DNA from: Candidatus Omnitrophota bacterium
GTDB lineage: Bacteria > Ratteibacteria > UBA8468 > B48-G9 > JAFGKM01
Length of the DNA stretch: 64,000 nucleotides
Direction of reading: 5' to 3'
NCBI GenBank assembly: GCA_023819375.1
Contig: JAMWDI010000005.1
Location: 130,715 to 194,714 of the forward strand
Shown here: one piece after another, positions 8,388 to 17,443 of the stretch
Layout: each line of letters opens with the position of its first letter
Numbering within the stretch: the stretch's first letter is position 1
Notes under the pieces: generated by a model
The model's database searches: none
Told to the model about the DNA's origin: nothing
Seen by the model: only the letters and a program-made list of their open reading frames with translations
Position numbers and translations under genes: made by a program

Positions 8388-11300
8388 ATGAATACAATGC
8401 GATATTATTTTCTTTTATTCTTTTTCCTTATATCAATAGTTTATTCAGAATTAAAAATTAATGCAACTTGTGGAAGAATTGAATTAAAAGAAATAGATTT
8501 CCCTTTAAAAATTGAATTGCATATAATGGGAGAAAATTATAAACCTCTTGCAGCACTAAATTTATATCCACCCACCCCAATCAAAATTTTTTCAACAAAG
8601 CAAGAGGAAAAAAAAGTTGAAGTTACAGGAAAAGTTGGCATAGAAAATAATTCTTTTGTCTTTACTGGTAAAGGTGAAAATTTAAAGGAAAAAAATTATT
8701 CAATCTCATATGAAATTTTGCCAGAACAGGATATAGTTATGGCTGTCTGGTTTGTTGTTAATTTTGATATTCAAAAAGTCAAAACAATTTGCAATGAAAC
8801 AGAAAAAATAGAAATATCTCAACAGAAGGAATTTTCAAATCCTAATATTTTAAGTTCTAAAAAAATGATTTATATAGAAACAATAAAAGGTGAAAAAATA
8901 GAAATAAAGCCAGGCTCTAACATTGCTTCTTTAAGTTTAGTTGACGGAAGAAAATGGGGAACAGGTTTTCACATAAGGTGTTATTTTTCTCAAACTACTA
9001 GCCATCCATCTATAAAAATAAATAAAGGTGAAAAGTTATCTGGTGAAATTTTAATTAATTTTATATCTTCTTCTGAAGAAAAAAATAAAAATGCCCAGAA
9101 AGAGAATTTAAATATCTCTTCAAAAGAAATGAGTTACATTACATCTTACAAAATACCCTGTCCTTACTTTGAAAATAGTCTCCAAGTTGATGGAAAATTA
9201 AAAGAAAATTTTTTAGAAAACCTAACAAAATTTTCAAATTTTTATAAATTAGGAACTATGCTTCCCTCCCCTATCAAAAATGAATTTTATATAGGTCATA
9301 ACAATGAAGGAGTATATATTGCAGGAATTATTTATTTACCTTCTAATTATGTTCCATATGGTAATAGTTGTATCCGTGATTCAGAAATATGGAAAGAAGA
9401 TTCAATTGAAGTGTTTATTCAAAATCCCTTAAGCAAAGATGTATACCATTTTATTGGAAATATCTATAATTCAATCTATGATGAAAAAAATGATAATAGT
9501 AAATGGGATGGAAATTGGAATTTCTATGGAAAACTTTCAAAAGACAGATGGGAGTTAGAAATTTTTATTCCTTTTTCTACTGTTGAAATAAATCCTAAAA
9601 ATAACATGGAAATTGGATTTCAAGTAGCAATGAATCTACAGTCAATTAATAGTTATTCTTCCTTATTTCATGTAAAAAATAAATATGTTGAAGGTGTTAA
9701 AAACTGTAAAATAATTTTCACTCAAAATTTTTCTTTCCAAATAGAAATCAAAAATGAAGAAAATAAAAGTATTCTTTTAGGAAAGGTTATAAGTTTAAAG
9801 CCCATTCAAATTTCAGGAAAGATTATAAATATAGATAAAAACCTATCTAAAGAAATTGCTCCATTTTTACTAACGAAAGAAAAATTAACTCTTCCTTTAG
9901 AACTTTCTGAAGGTGAAAATTACTTAATTTCGTTATTTTTTAATAATGATTACTTTTTGACTATTCCTTTTTTTGCTGAATTCTCTTTTGATTTAATAAC
10001 AGAAATGAATTACATATTTTTCAATCCAGAAAATAAATTATGGATATGGAAACCGACTTTAAATTTGACGTTAATTTTAAAAGAAAAAAATAACATTGAA
10101 AAAATTAGTTATAAAATTTTTCTTAATGGGAAAATTGTGAAAGAAGAAATATTTAAAGACAAAATATTACTTGACTTTTTTACAAAAGAAGTAGATGTTT
10201 CCAATTTAAAAGAGGGAAGATATACTTTATCAGTTGAAATACAAGATAAAAACCAAAGAATAAAGAAAAAAGAAACAAATTTTTACGTTTATGAAAAACC
10301 ACAATGGTTTTCTATGTCATATAATATTAGTGAAGATGTGGTTCCACCTCCCTGGGAACCTTTAAAAATAATAAATGGGTGTATAATAAAATGCTGGGGA
10401 AGAGAATATAAATTAGGAGATTTTTTATTTTCTAATATTGTAAATCAAGAGGAAGAAATGCTAAAAAGCCCGATTTCTATTGTAATAAAATCTGATAAAA
10501 ATCTTCATATTAAAAAGCAAAAAAAAGAAATTGTTAATGTTTCAAAATCTAAAATTATTGTTAAAAATGAATTAGACTATGAATTATTAGATATTGTTAA
10601 TTTTATAACAGTTGAATTTGATGGAATGGTTAAAGTTGATATGAAAATAATACCAAAAGGAGAAAACATTAAAATTGAAAAATTATATTTCAAAATCCCT
10701 TTGAAGAAAAATTTTGCAAAATTGATAAGTAAACAGGGATTATGGGGAGTTAGTGCTGAAGAATATGCAACATTACTGAAATTTGAAAAAAATAAATCTT
10801 CCCTTAACGAAAAAATTTTGAAAAACAAATTAGAACCAATTTGGATAGGGAATGAAAAAGGAGGAATATGTTGGTTTAATGAATCAGACGAAAATTTTTA
10901 TGTAGAAAATAAGGACGAAATAATCAATATTATAGAAAATGAGGAAAGTTGTGAATTAATAATAAAATTTATTGATAAAACAACATATTTACAAAATGAA
11001 CTCAATTATACTTATGGTCTTCAAGCAACACCAGTAAAACCATTTCCAAATGATTTTTTAGACAGATATGGAATAGTTCAAGTTACAGAAGATTTTTGGT
11101 ATAACACTGTAAAAACAATTTTTGAACAAAAAGAAAAAATGGATTTGCTTGCTTCTAATGGTGTAAAAACTTTAATAGACCAAGGGAATTGGGCTTATTT
11201 TCATTCATCACTTTATAAAATGAATGAGCAATGGTTAAAAAACTTTGTTAATGAATGTCACAAGAGAGGAATTAAAGCAGTTATTTATTTAAGTTCTGAA

Positions 11301-12269
11301 ATTACAACAGGTACCCCTGAATGGGAAATTATGGGAAATGTAGTTTTGAAAGTTCCAAAAGGTTTTCCATATATAAGAAAAACTACACCTAAACATGAAT
11401 CATATGTTGCTTGTAATAAAAGTATTCATAGTGAATATCTTATATATAAAGTAAAATACCTTTTAGAAAATTTTAAAATTGATGGAGTATATCTTGATGG
11501 AGTAGGAAGTTTCCCTATTTGTATGAATGAAAAGCATGGATGTGGATATAGAGACAAAAATAATAAACTTTATCCTACACGAGGAATATTTGCAACAAGA
11601 GAACTGATAAAAAAAATCTATATACTTGTTAAAAAACATAATCCTAATGGAGTAGTAGATATTCATGGATTACCAATTCCTCCAATATTAAGTTTTGCTA
11701 CAAGTTATATATATGGTGAACAATGGATGAATATCAAAAGAGAAAATATTAAAGATATTTTTGACATCTTACCTTTACATTCTTTTAGAGCCAGTTTTAT
11801 GGGAAAAAATTTTGGAATTCCCTCAAATTTTCTTCTTTATCAAAAAAGACCTTGGCTACCGGATGAGGCATTATCTTTAGGATTAATTCATGATACTCCT
11901 GTAAGACCTTGGGGGCTTTATTCTGATGAAGAATTTGACTTTTTAAAAAAATGTTTTAAAATTTGGAATATTTTAAAAGATTTCAATATAAATGAAGCAA
12001 CATTTATAGGTTATTGGGAAAACAATACTTTTAAAACTACTGAAGATGATAGAATAAAAGTAAGTTATTGGGAACATAAAAATAAGAATAAGTTTTTACT
12101 TGTTATTGCAAATTTCAATGAAGAAAAAACTGTAGAAATCTGTAGTTCTAAAATAGAAAATGCTGAAATTGTAAACCTATTAACAGGGGAAAAAATAAAA
12201 AGTGAAAAAAACAAATTTTCTCTTAAAATTGGCAAAAACAATTTTTGTTTAATAAAAATTGAAAAATGA
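8388..12269 (+). CDS. large secreted multi-domain protein: CBM9-like carbohydrate-binding module + GH-like TIM-barrel (putative glycoside hydrolase)
   Basis: 1293 aa with a signal peptide. Central segment has a CBM9/DOMON-like pattern (DSIEVFIQNP..YHF..W..NW..W.LEI.IPF). C-terminal region has a TIM-barrel GH-like signature (GIKAVIYLS..DGVYLDGVG..GCGYRD). Class is inferred from motifs, so exact family is uncertain. Confidence 0.45.
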   Translation: MNTMRYYFLLFFFLISIVYSELKINATCGRIELKEIDFPLKIELHIMGENYKPLAALNLYPPTPIKIFSTKQEEKKVEVTGKVGIENNSFVFTGKGENLKEKNYSISYEILPEQDIVMAVWFVVNFDIQKVKTICNETEKIEISQQKEFSNPNILSSKKMIYIETIKGEKIEIKPGSNIASLSLVDGRKWGTGFHIRCYFSQTTSHPSIKINKGEKLSGEILINFISSSEEKNKNAQKENLNISSKEMSYITSYKIPCPYFENSLQVDGKLKENFLENLTKFSNFYKLGTMLPSPIKNEFYIGHNNEGVYIAGIIYLPSNYVPYGNSCIRDSEIWKEDSIEVFIQNPLSKDVYHFIGNIYNSIYDEKNDNSKWDGNWNFYGKLSKDRWELEIFIPFSTVEINPKNNMEIGFQVAMNLQSINSYSSLFHVKNKYVEGVKNCKIIFTQNFSFQIEIKNEENKSILLGKVISLKPIQISGKIINIDKNLSKEIAPFLLTKEKLTLPLELSEGENYLISLFFNNDYFLTIPFFAEFSFDLITEMNYIFFNPENKLWIWKPTLNLTLILKEKNNIEKISYKIFLNGKIVKEEIFKDKILLDFFTKEVDVSNLKEGRYTLSVEIQDKNQRIKKKETNFYVYEKPQWFSMSYNISEDVVPPPWEPLKIINGCIIKCWGREYKLGDFLFSNIVNQEEEMLKSPISIVIKSDKNLHIKKQKKEIVNVSKSKIIVKNELDYELLDIVNFITVEFDGMVKVDMKIIPKGENIKIEKLYFKIPLKKNFAKLISKQGLWGVSAEEYATLLKFEKNKSSLNEKILKNKLEPIWIGNEKGGICWFNESDENFYVENKDEIINIIENEESCELIIKFIDKTTYLQNELNYTYGLQATPVKPFPNDFLDRYGIVQVTEDFWYNTVKTIFEQKEKMDLLASNGVKTLIDQGNWAYFHSSLYKMNEQWLKNFVNECHKRGIKAVIYLSSEITTGTPEWEIMGNVVLKVPKGFPYIRKTTPKHESYVACNKSIHSEYLIYKVKYLLENFKIDGVYLDGVGSFPICMNEKHGCGYRDKNNKLYPTRGIFATRELIKKIYILVKKHNPNGVVDIHGLPIPPILSFATSYIYGEQWMNIKRENIKDIFDILPLHSFRASFMGKNFGIPSNFLLYQKRPWLPDEALSLGLIHDTPVRPWGLYSDEEFDFLKKCFKIWNILKDFNINEATFIGYWENNTFKTTEDDRIKVSYWEHKNKNKFLLVIANFNEEKTVEICSSKIENAEIVNLLTGEKIKSEKNKFSLKIGKNNFCLIKIEK

Positions 12270-15016
12270 AAAGTATTTTTTCAAATCAAATTTATGATAT
12301 AGTTGTTATAGGGGGCGGATGTTCAAGCATAGGTGTAATTCTACCTTTATTGAAAAATAACAAAAAAATTCTCATAATTGAAAGAAGAAGTAATTTAGGC
12401 TGGGAAATTACTTCTGCTTTTTATACTAAACTAAATAAAAATTTAAAAAGTGATAAATTTATTTTAAAAGAATTAGCAAAAATCGGTGGCATTAGAAATG
12501 GTATTACAAATCCATTCATTTTTGAGGTTTTTCTTGAAAAGTTTTTAAGCAAGAAAAAAGTTGATATTTTATATTACTCATATCCTGTAGATATTATTGA
12601 AAGAAACAATTTTATTGAAGGATTAGTTATTGGCAATAAAAATGGTTTAGAAGTTATTAGAGGTAAAATCTTTGTAGATCTAACAGATGAAGCACTTTTA
12701 TTAAAAAAAATTAATCCTAACATTGAAAAGAGAAGTAATACTCATTTTTATTCAATTTATTTTAACGGTTCAAATAAGGAATTAAAAGAAGAAATCTTAA
12801 TAGACCATCAAATTAATAACAATTTAAAACTTTTATCCCTTTTTCCAGGCTTCAAAAATAATGAAATCTGTTTAAGTTTCAAAACGAACGGTCTATCTTT
12901 GACACAAGTAAGAATAAGAATTCCTGAAATAATAAATTTGATAAGAAAAAATTATAAATTTTTAGAAGATGCTATTGTTACACACATCAGTTTTGAACCA
13001 TATTATCATGACTTATTCTCTTTAAAAAATTCCTTTATTAACTTAAAGAATGTTTTCTACTTAAATTATGAGTTATTTGAAAAAAAGAACAAATTTATAG
13101 AAGAATTTTTAGGTCCTTCAGAAAAATTAGAATTAGGTATTTTAGTTGGAGAATATATAGAAAAGCAAAAAGAACTATTTAAAAGAAAATTAGAAAAAAT
13201 TGAATGTGAAAATTATTTTTTAACTCCTGAAAAAGAATATGTTTATGATGTTGTAATTGGAGGAGGTGGAACAGCGGGTGCAATTGCTGGTATTGCATGT
13301 GGAAGAAATAAAGTAAAAACATCTATAATAGAGAATTCTACATGTCTTGGAGGTATTGGAACAGGAGGAGGTATTCATTATTATTACTATGGTATATCAA
13401 GTGGTCTCCAAAAAGAAGTAGAAACTAAAGTAAATGAACTTACAAATATTCTAAAAGGTAAATTTGATATTCTTGGTTTTCACCCAGAAGCCAAAAAAAT
13501 TATATTAGAAGATCTAAACGAAAAAGTCCAGACAGAAATATTTTATGGAAGTAGTATTATAGATGTTGAGGTTTATAATAAAAAAGTAGTTTCTGTTATA
13601 TGTGCTACTCCTGAAGGTATAGTTAGATTAAAAGGCAAAATTTTTATAGATGCAACAGGAGACGGAGATATATGCTCTAAAAGTGGAGAATTTTTCTTTT
13701 TTGGAAGAGAAAAAGATAACTTATGTCAGCCATATAGTATAGTCCCTGTCTGTTTTGACGAAAAAAATGGTAAATTAATACATATAAATTTTGATGCGGG
13801 CTATGTAGATCCTCTTGATGTCAGAGATTTAACAAGAGCAAAAAGAAATGGATTAAAACACTTCTTTCAAAATTATTATCAAGTTGAAAAAGTTCCACTT
13901 TACATTTCCCCTATTATTGGGATTAGACAAAGCAGACAAATTGTAGGTAAATACCTTTTAACTCTTAAAGATGAAATTTTTGGTTCCCAATTTCCTGATG
14001 TTATTGGTTATATGAGGGCACATTATGATAATCATCTTTTAGAGGATACCGAAAATCAAACTCTTGAAGCAATTTTTTGGAGATGGATTACAAATAATCA
14101 ACAAACTATTATGGAATGTGAAATCCCTTATAGATGTCTTCTAACACAAAATATTGAAAACGTTATTATAACTGGAAGAGCAATTTCTCTTGAACCAGAA
14201 GCACATTACGCCTTAAGAATGCAAAGAGATATTGAAAGGTTAGGTGAAGTGGCAGGTTTAGCAGCCAGTTTATGTATTAAACATAACAAAAACCCAAAAG
14301 ATATTGATATAAAAATTTTACAAGAAAATCTTAAAAATTCTGGATGCTTGATTGAAAATTTTATACCACAGAAATCTGTTGATTTTGGACTATCATTTGA
14401 AGAATTAAAAAAAGAATTTTTATCAGGAAATTTTAAAAATTCTGTTATTATTTGGTCTTTTTTTTATTGCAAAAAAGCAATAAAATTTCTCAAAGAAGTT
14501 TTAAAAACTTCAAATGATTCAAATTTGAAATTTTGGAGTGCAATTATTTTAGCAATGAATAAAGAAAAAGATGCAGTAAATATACTTTTAGAATATTTAA
14601 AAAATATGAAAAAATATGACAGAAAAATTTTCATTTCAGTTATTATCTTGTTAGGGAATGTAGGAAATAAAAAAGTCTTACCCCTTTTATATAAAATATT
14701 AATGAACAAAAAAATATTAGACCCAGATATTTTAATTGCAACTATTCAAACAATTGGTAAAATTGGGAATGAACAATGTGTTTCTATTTTAGAAAAATTC
14801 TTGAAAAGAAAAGATTTGCCTCAAAAAAGGATTTTATATAAAGGAATCCCTGGAGTAATTAATCAAGTTGAAGAAAACATTTTATGGCAAATAGAACTTA
14901 ATTGTTTAAAAGTTTTAAAAAATTTTGGTAAAAATAAAAAAGAAATTTTAAATAAATATATTAATGATGAAAGAGGATATGTTAGAAACTTTGCAAAATC
15001 ACTACTTATTCCTTAG
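12266..15016 (+). CDS. FAD-dependent oxidoreductase (two GxGxxG dinucleotide-binding segments) with C-terminal HEAT/PBS-lyase-like repeats
   Basis: IVVIGGGCSS and DVVIGGGGTAGAIAG Rossmann motifs. C-terminal repeats (LLEYLKN...LGNVGNKKVLPLLYKIL) are typical of HEAT repeats. Start overlaps the upstream stop (ATGA). Confidence 0.55.
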   Translation: MKSIFSNQIYDIVVIGGGCSSIGVILPLLKNNKKILIIERRSNLGWEITSAFYTKLNKNLKSDKFILKELAKIGGIRNGITNPFIFEVFLEKFLSKKKVDILYYSYPVDIIERNNFIEGLVIGNKNGLEVIRGKIFVDLTDEALLLKKINPNIEKRSNTHFYSIYFNGSNKELKEEILIDHQINNNLKLLSLFPGFKNNEICLSFKTNGLSLTQVRIRIPEIINLIRKNYKFLEDAIVTHISFEPYYHDLFSLKNSFINLKNVFYLNYELFEKKNKFIEEFLGPSEKLELGILVGEYIEKQKELFKRKLEKIECENYFLTPEKEYVYDVVIGGGGTAGAIAGIACGRNKVKTSIIENSTCLGGIGTGGGIHYYYYGISSGLQKEVETKVNELTNILKGKFDILGFHPEAKKIILEDLNEKVQTEIFYGSSIIDVEVYNKKVVSVICATPEGIVRLKGKIFIDATGDGDICSKSGEFFFFGREKDNLCQPYSIVPVCFDEKNGKLIHINFDAGYVDPLDVRDLTRAKRNGLKHFFQNYYQVEKVPLYISPIIGIRQSRQIVGKYLLTLKDEIFGSQFPDVIGYMRAHYDNHLLEDTENQTLEAIFWRWITNNQQTIMECEIPYRCLLTQNIENVIITGRAISLEPEAHYALRMQRDIERLGEVAGLAASLCIKHNKNPKDIDIKILQENLKNSGCLIENFIPQKSVDFGLSFEELKKEFLSGNFKNSVIIWSFFYCKKAIKFLKEVLKTSNDSNLKFWSAIILAMNKEKDAVNILLEYLKNMKKYDRKIFISVIILLGNVGNKKVLPLLYKILMNKKILDPDILIATIQTIGKIGNEQCVSILEKFLKRKDLPQKRILYKGIPGVINQVEENILWQIELNCLKVLKNFGKNKKEILNKYINDERGYVRNFAKSLLIP

Positions 15017-15573
15017 AGGACATTCTGGCCATCCTATTGTTATTTTTGTTGCTATTTATATGTATCAAATTAATCAAATAGATTTTCTCCACAATTGGCG
15101 CCAAATCTATTTCTAAATTACATTTTTTTCTTTTCAAATTAACTTTCTTCTTACCTTGATTTTTAAGTATAACAATGGATTTGTCTTATATCTTTGTCCT
15201 CCATTTGCTCTACGTTTCTTTAATATCTATCCATTTGTAGATATTAACATTTTTAATAACTTATTCCTCCATTTTTGAAAATAACTATCACCTTGGATTC
15301 CTTAAATAAAAATGAAAACTTTACTCAAAAGAGAAATTAAAGTAAAATTAAAGTGGGAAAAAATTAATTTAAAAGAAGTGTTTTGTATTCAAGAAAAATA
15401 AATGAAAAGAAAAACTTTAAGAGTGAATTTTGCCTTTCATCAATCAAATTGTGTAAAATTTATTCAGAAAAAATTATGAATTATATTATAAGAAAATTAA
15501 AAGACAAAGAGTAAAAATTTAATTTTGACAAAAACGAGAAAATTGTTAAAACTAATTGATAAATAAAAATTTT

Positions 15574-15615
15574 GGAGGGGTCGCACAGTGGTCTAGTGCG
15601 GCGGATTGCTAATCC
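15574..15615 (+). repeat. 42-nt partial copy of the tRNA-Ser 5' half (acceptor + D-arm + anticodon arm): left attachment-site direct repeat (attL-like)
   Basis: GGAGGGGTCGCACAGTGGTCTAGTGCGGCGGATTGCTAATCC matches tRNA-Ser 23875..23916. The only mismatches are compensatory D-stem changes (GCAC/GTGC vs GCAT/ATGC). Similarity ends after the anticodon loop. Confidence 0.7.
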
Positions 15616-15682
15616 CTTTTAAGCCATTTCTCTAAATTCCTGAAAAATCACTAAATCCATTCTCTATCAAGCATTTTACCCA

Positions 15683-15737
15683 CTTTTTCACTTTTTCAAT
15701 TTTTTTCATTTTTTTTCATTTTTTCACATTTTTTTGG
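15683..15737. repeat. T-rich heptamer-like microsatellite (TTTTTCA)n with variable T-run length
   Basis: ctttttca ctttttca atttttttca ttttttttca ttttttca cattttttt, seen directly in the sequence. Located just inside the left end of the element. Confidence 0.5.
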
Positions 15738-15863
15738 TACAAATACGACACAACTATATATTGTATTTTTTTGTTAGAATTTTTCATTTTAAATACTATA
15801 TATTGTATACCACTAAACCCTTGAAAATTCTTGCTTAAAGAGATATAACTTAAGAAAACCCTT

Positions 15864-16580
15864 AATAGACAATGCTTTCCAAAACAAGTATAATTAAAAC
15901 CATTGATTGACAACAATTAAGGGAGACACCCCACCCTTAAGAACTATATATTTTTTGTAGGAGATAAAAAATGCTGTCCAGAGGGTATGTTAATGAAAAA
16001 CCATTGATAATCAATATAAGAGAGAGACCCTCCCCCCCTTAAGGACTATATATTTTGACTGGGTTAAAAATATAGTCCATTAGGGGAGGGAGTATAGAAT
16101 TCCTTGATAGACAATAAATAGAGGAGCCCCCCACCCTTAAGAACTATATATTTTGGAGACACTCCAGAAAAGCATATTTTTTACAAAATAGTAAATAAAT
16201 AATGCTGTTTAAAGGAGAATAGTTTAAATCCATTAATTGATAATAAACATAAATACTTCCACCCCTAAAGGACTATATATTTTTAAAAGTTATATTTTCA
16301 AATTAAATTATTTTTGATGTATAATAAACTTAAAAAGAAGAATTACATATGGTAAAAGAAACAATTATAAAATCAAAAAAGATAAATTTTTTGAAAAATA
16401 CTATTAAAGAAGCGATTTTAGAAGCGTTAGAAGAGATAGGACTTGCAAAAGCAATTGAAGAGGGTATAAAAACAAAAAATAAGAAAAAGTTAAAAATGCT
16501 GTCCAGAAGGTAGTATGTGAAAACTATTGATAATCAATATAAAAGGGATACCCCCACCCCTAAAGGACTATATATTTTGA
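15864..16580 (+). repeat. array of five degenerate ~55-90 bp repeat units (iteron-like), each = [AATGCTKTYY ~21 nt] CATTGAT(W)RWCAAYA .. RRGA-CCCCYCCC(Y)-TAARGRACTATATATTTTK
   Basis: Core copies at about 15901-15957, 16001-16057, 16102-16155, 16231-16285 and 16524-16579. Unit 2 is followed by an inverted arm (16066-16092), giving a ~65-bp imperfect palindrome over 16028..16092. Units 1, 2, 4 and 5 carry an upstream AATGCT box at a fixed distance of ~31-33 nt. Confidence 0.7.
16349..16513 (+). CDS. small Lys/Glu-rich ORF (54 aa) between repeat units 4 and 5; possible solo antitoxin-like / DNA-binding protein
   Basis: ATG at 16349, stop TAG at 16511-16513 (manual translation MVKETIIKSKKINFLKNTIKEAILEALEEIGLAKAIEEGIKTKNKKKLKMLSRR). 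Its last codons (AATGCTGTCCAGAAGGTAG) coincide with the AATGCT box that starts repeat unit 5. A truncated copy of the same 3' end occurs in unit 2. Confidence 0.3.
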   Translation: MVKETIIKSKKINFLKNTIKEAILEALEEIGLAKAIEEGIKTKNKKKLKMLSRR

Positions 16581-16618
16581 AAATTGGGGTATAATTAATA
16601 TAAACAAAAGGAGAAAAA

Positions 16619-16828
16619 ATGAATATCAAAGTAAAAGAATTCTTGGTTGATAGAAAAGGAAGACCAAAAGGAGTAGTTTTGAATATTTCTGAATACAAAA
16701 AACTTTTAAAATTTATAGAAGATATACAAGATACACTTGACTTAAAAGAAGCAATAAAGACAAATAAAGGGTTTATTTCAGAGGAAGAGTTGTTAAAGAG
16801 ATTAAAACTAAAAGGGATTAATGTATAA
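16619..16828 (+). CDS. type II antitoxin (partner of the downstream RelE/ParE toxin)
   Basis: 69-aa ORF with GGAG RBS. Overlaps the toxin gene start by 8 bp, the typical TA organisation. Confidence 0.55.
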   Translation: MNIKVKEFLVDRKGRPKGVVLNISEYKKLLKFIEDIQDTLDLKEAIKTNKGFISEEELLKRLKLKGINV

Positions 16829-17072
16829 AGTAATTTTTGATGATAGAATAGAAAAAGATTTAAGTAAAATTCCTGCCAGAATAATAAAAAATATCTTCAA
16901 AAAAATAACTCTAATTAAAGAAAATCCATATAGTAAGGGAGTAAAAAAACTTATTGGTATAGAAGGTTATAGATTAAGGATAGGAAATTATAGAGTACTT
17001 TTCCAAATAGATGAAGAGACAAAAACAATAAAAATTTATAGGATAATCCATAGAAAAGATGCTTATAAATGA
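16821..17072 (+). CDS. type II toxin, RelE/ParE family
   Basis: 83 aa. Hallmark C-terminal motif GYRLRIGNYRVLFQIDEETKTIKIYRIIHRKD (YRhhY..d.....v.i..i.hR). Confidence 0.75.
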   Translation: MYKVIFDDRIEKDLSKIPARIIKNIFKKITLIKENPYSKGVKKLIGIEGYRLRIGNYRVLFQIDEETKTIKIYRIIHRKDAYK

Positions 17073-17443
17073 TGAAAAGAATTAGTTTACCAGATTTAAA
17101 AAAGAAGATATTTATTTATGAGACATTACAATCAGAGAAAGAAGTAAAAGAGAAAAAGATAAAAGGTCCTTTTAAATCTGGAAAAGAAGTATTAAAGTTA
17201 ATTAAATGAAATATAATCTTTATCTTACTTCCACATTCCAGAAAAAATTAAAAATATCACTTCTATCTTATCTATGAATACAGAATTTTGTTTATTTTAG
17301 TGAGAGATAAGATTTATCTAACAAACAAAGGAACTCACGAGGAAGTTTATTGAATAGAAAGTTAATACAGAGTTGTTAATTTGAATTGTAATATTGTAAA
17401 ATAAATATGAAAAGCGAAATTTTAGTCAAAAAAGAGAAGATAA

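Noticed and set aside
15864-16580. Repeat array as a CRISPR array
   Set aside because: Units are degenerate (not near-identical), 55-90 bp long with irregular 100-283 bp spacing. Spacers are not uniform, and no cas genes are nearby. The only Cas4-like gene is 15 kb away in core context.
15864-16580. Repeat array as an integron cassette array (attC sites)
   Set aside because: Only unit 2 forms an attC-like imperfect palindrome. Most inter-unit segments are too short (about 40 bp) to hold cassette ORFs. The only tyrosine recombinase is a phage-type Int 6 kb away adjacent to a tRNA, not an IntI next to an attI.
17069-17209. 46-aa Lys-rich ORF starting at the toxin stop (ATGATG)
   Set aside because: Too short, low complexity and no family resemblance. 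It could be a third TA-associated peptide but there is no positive evidence.
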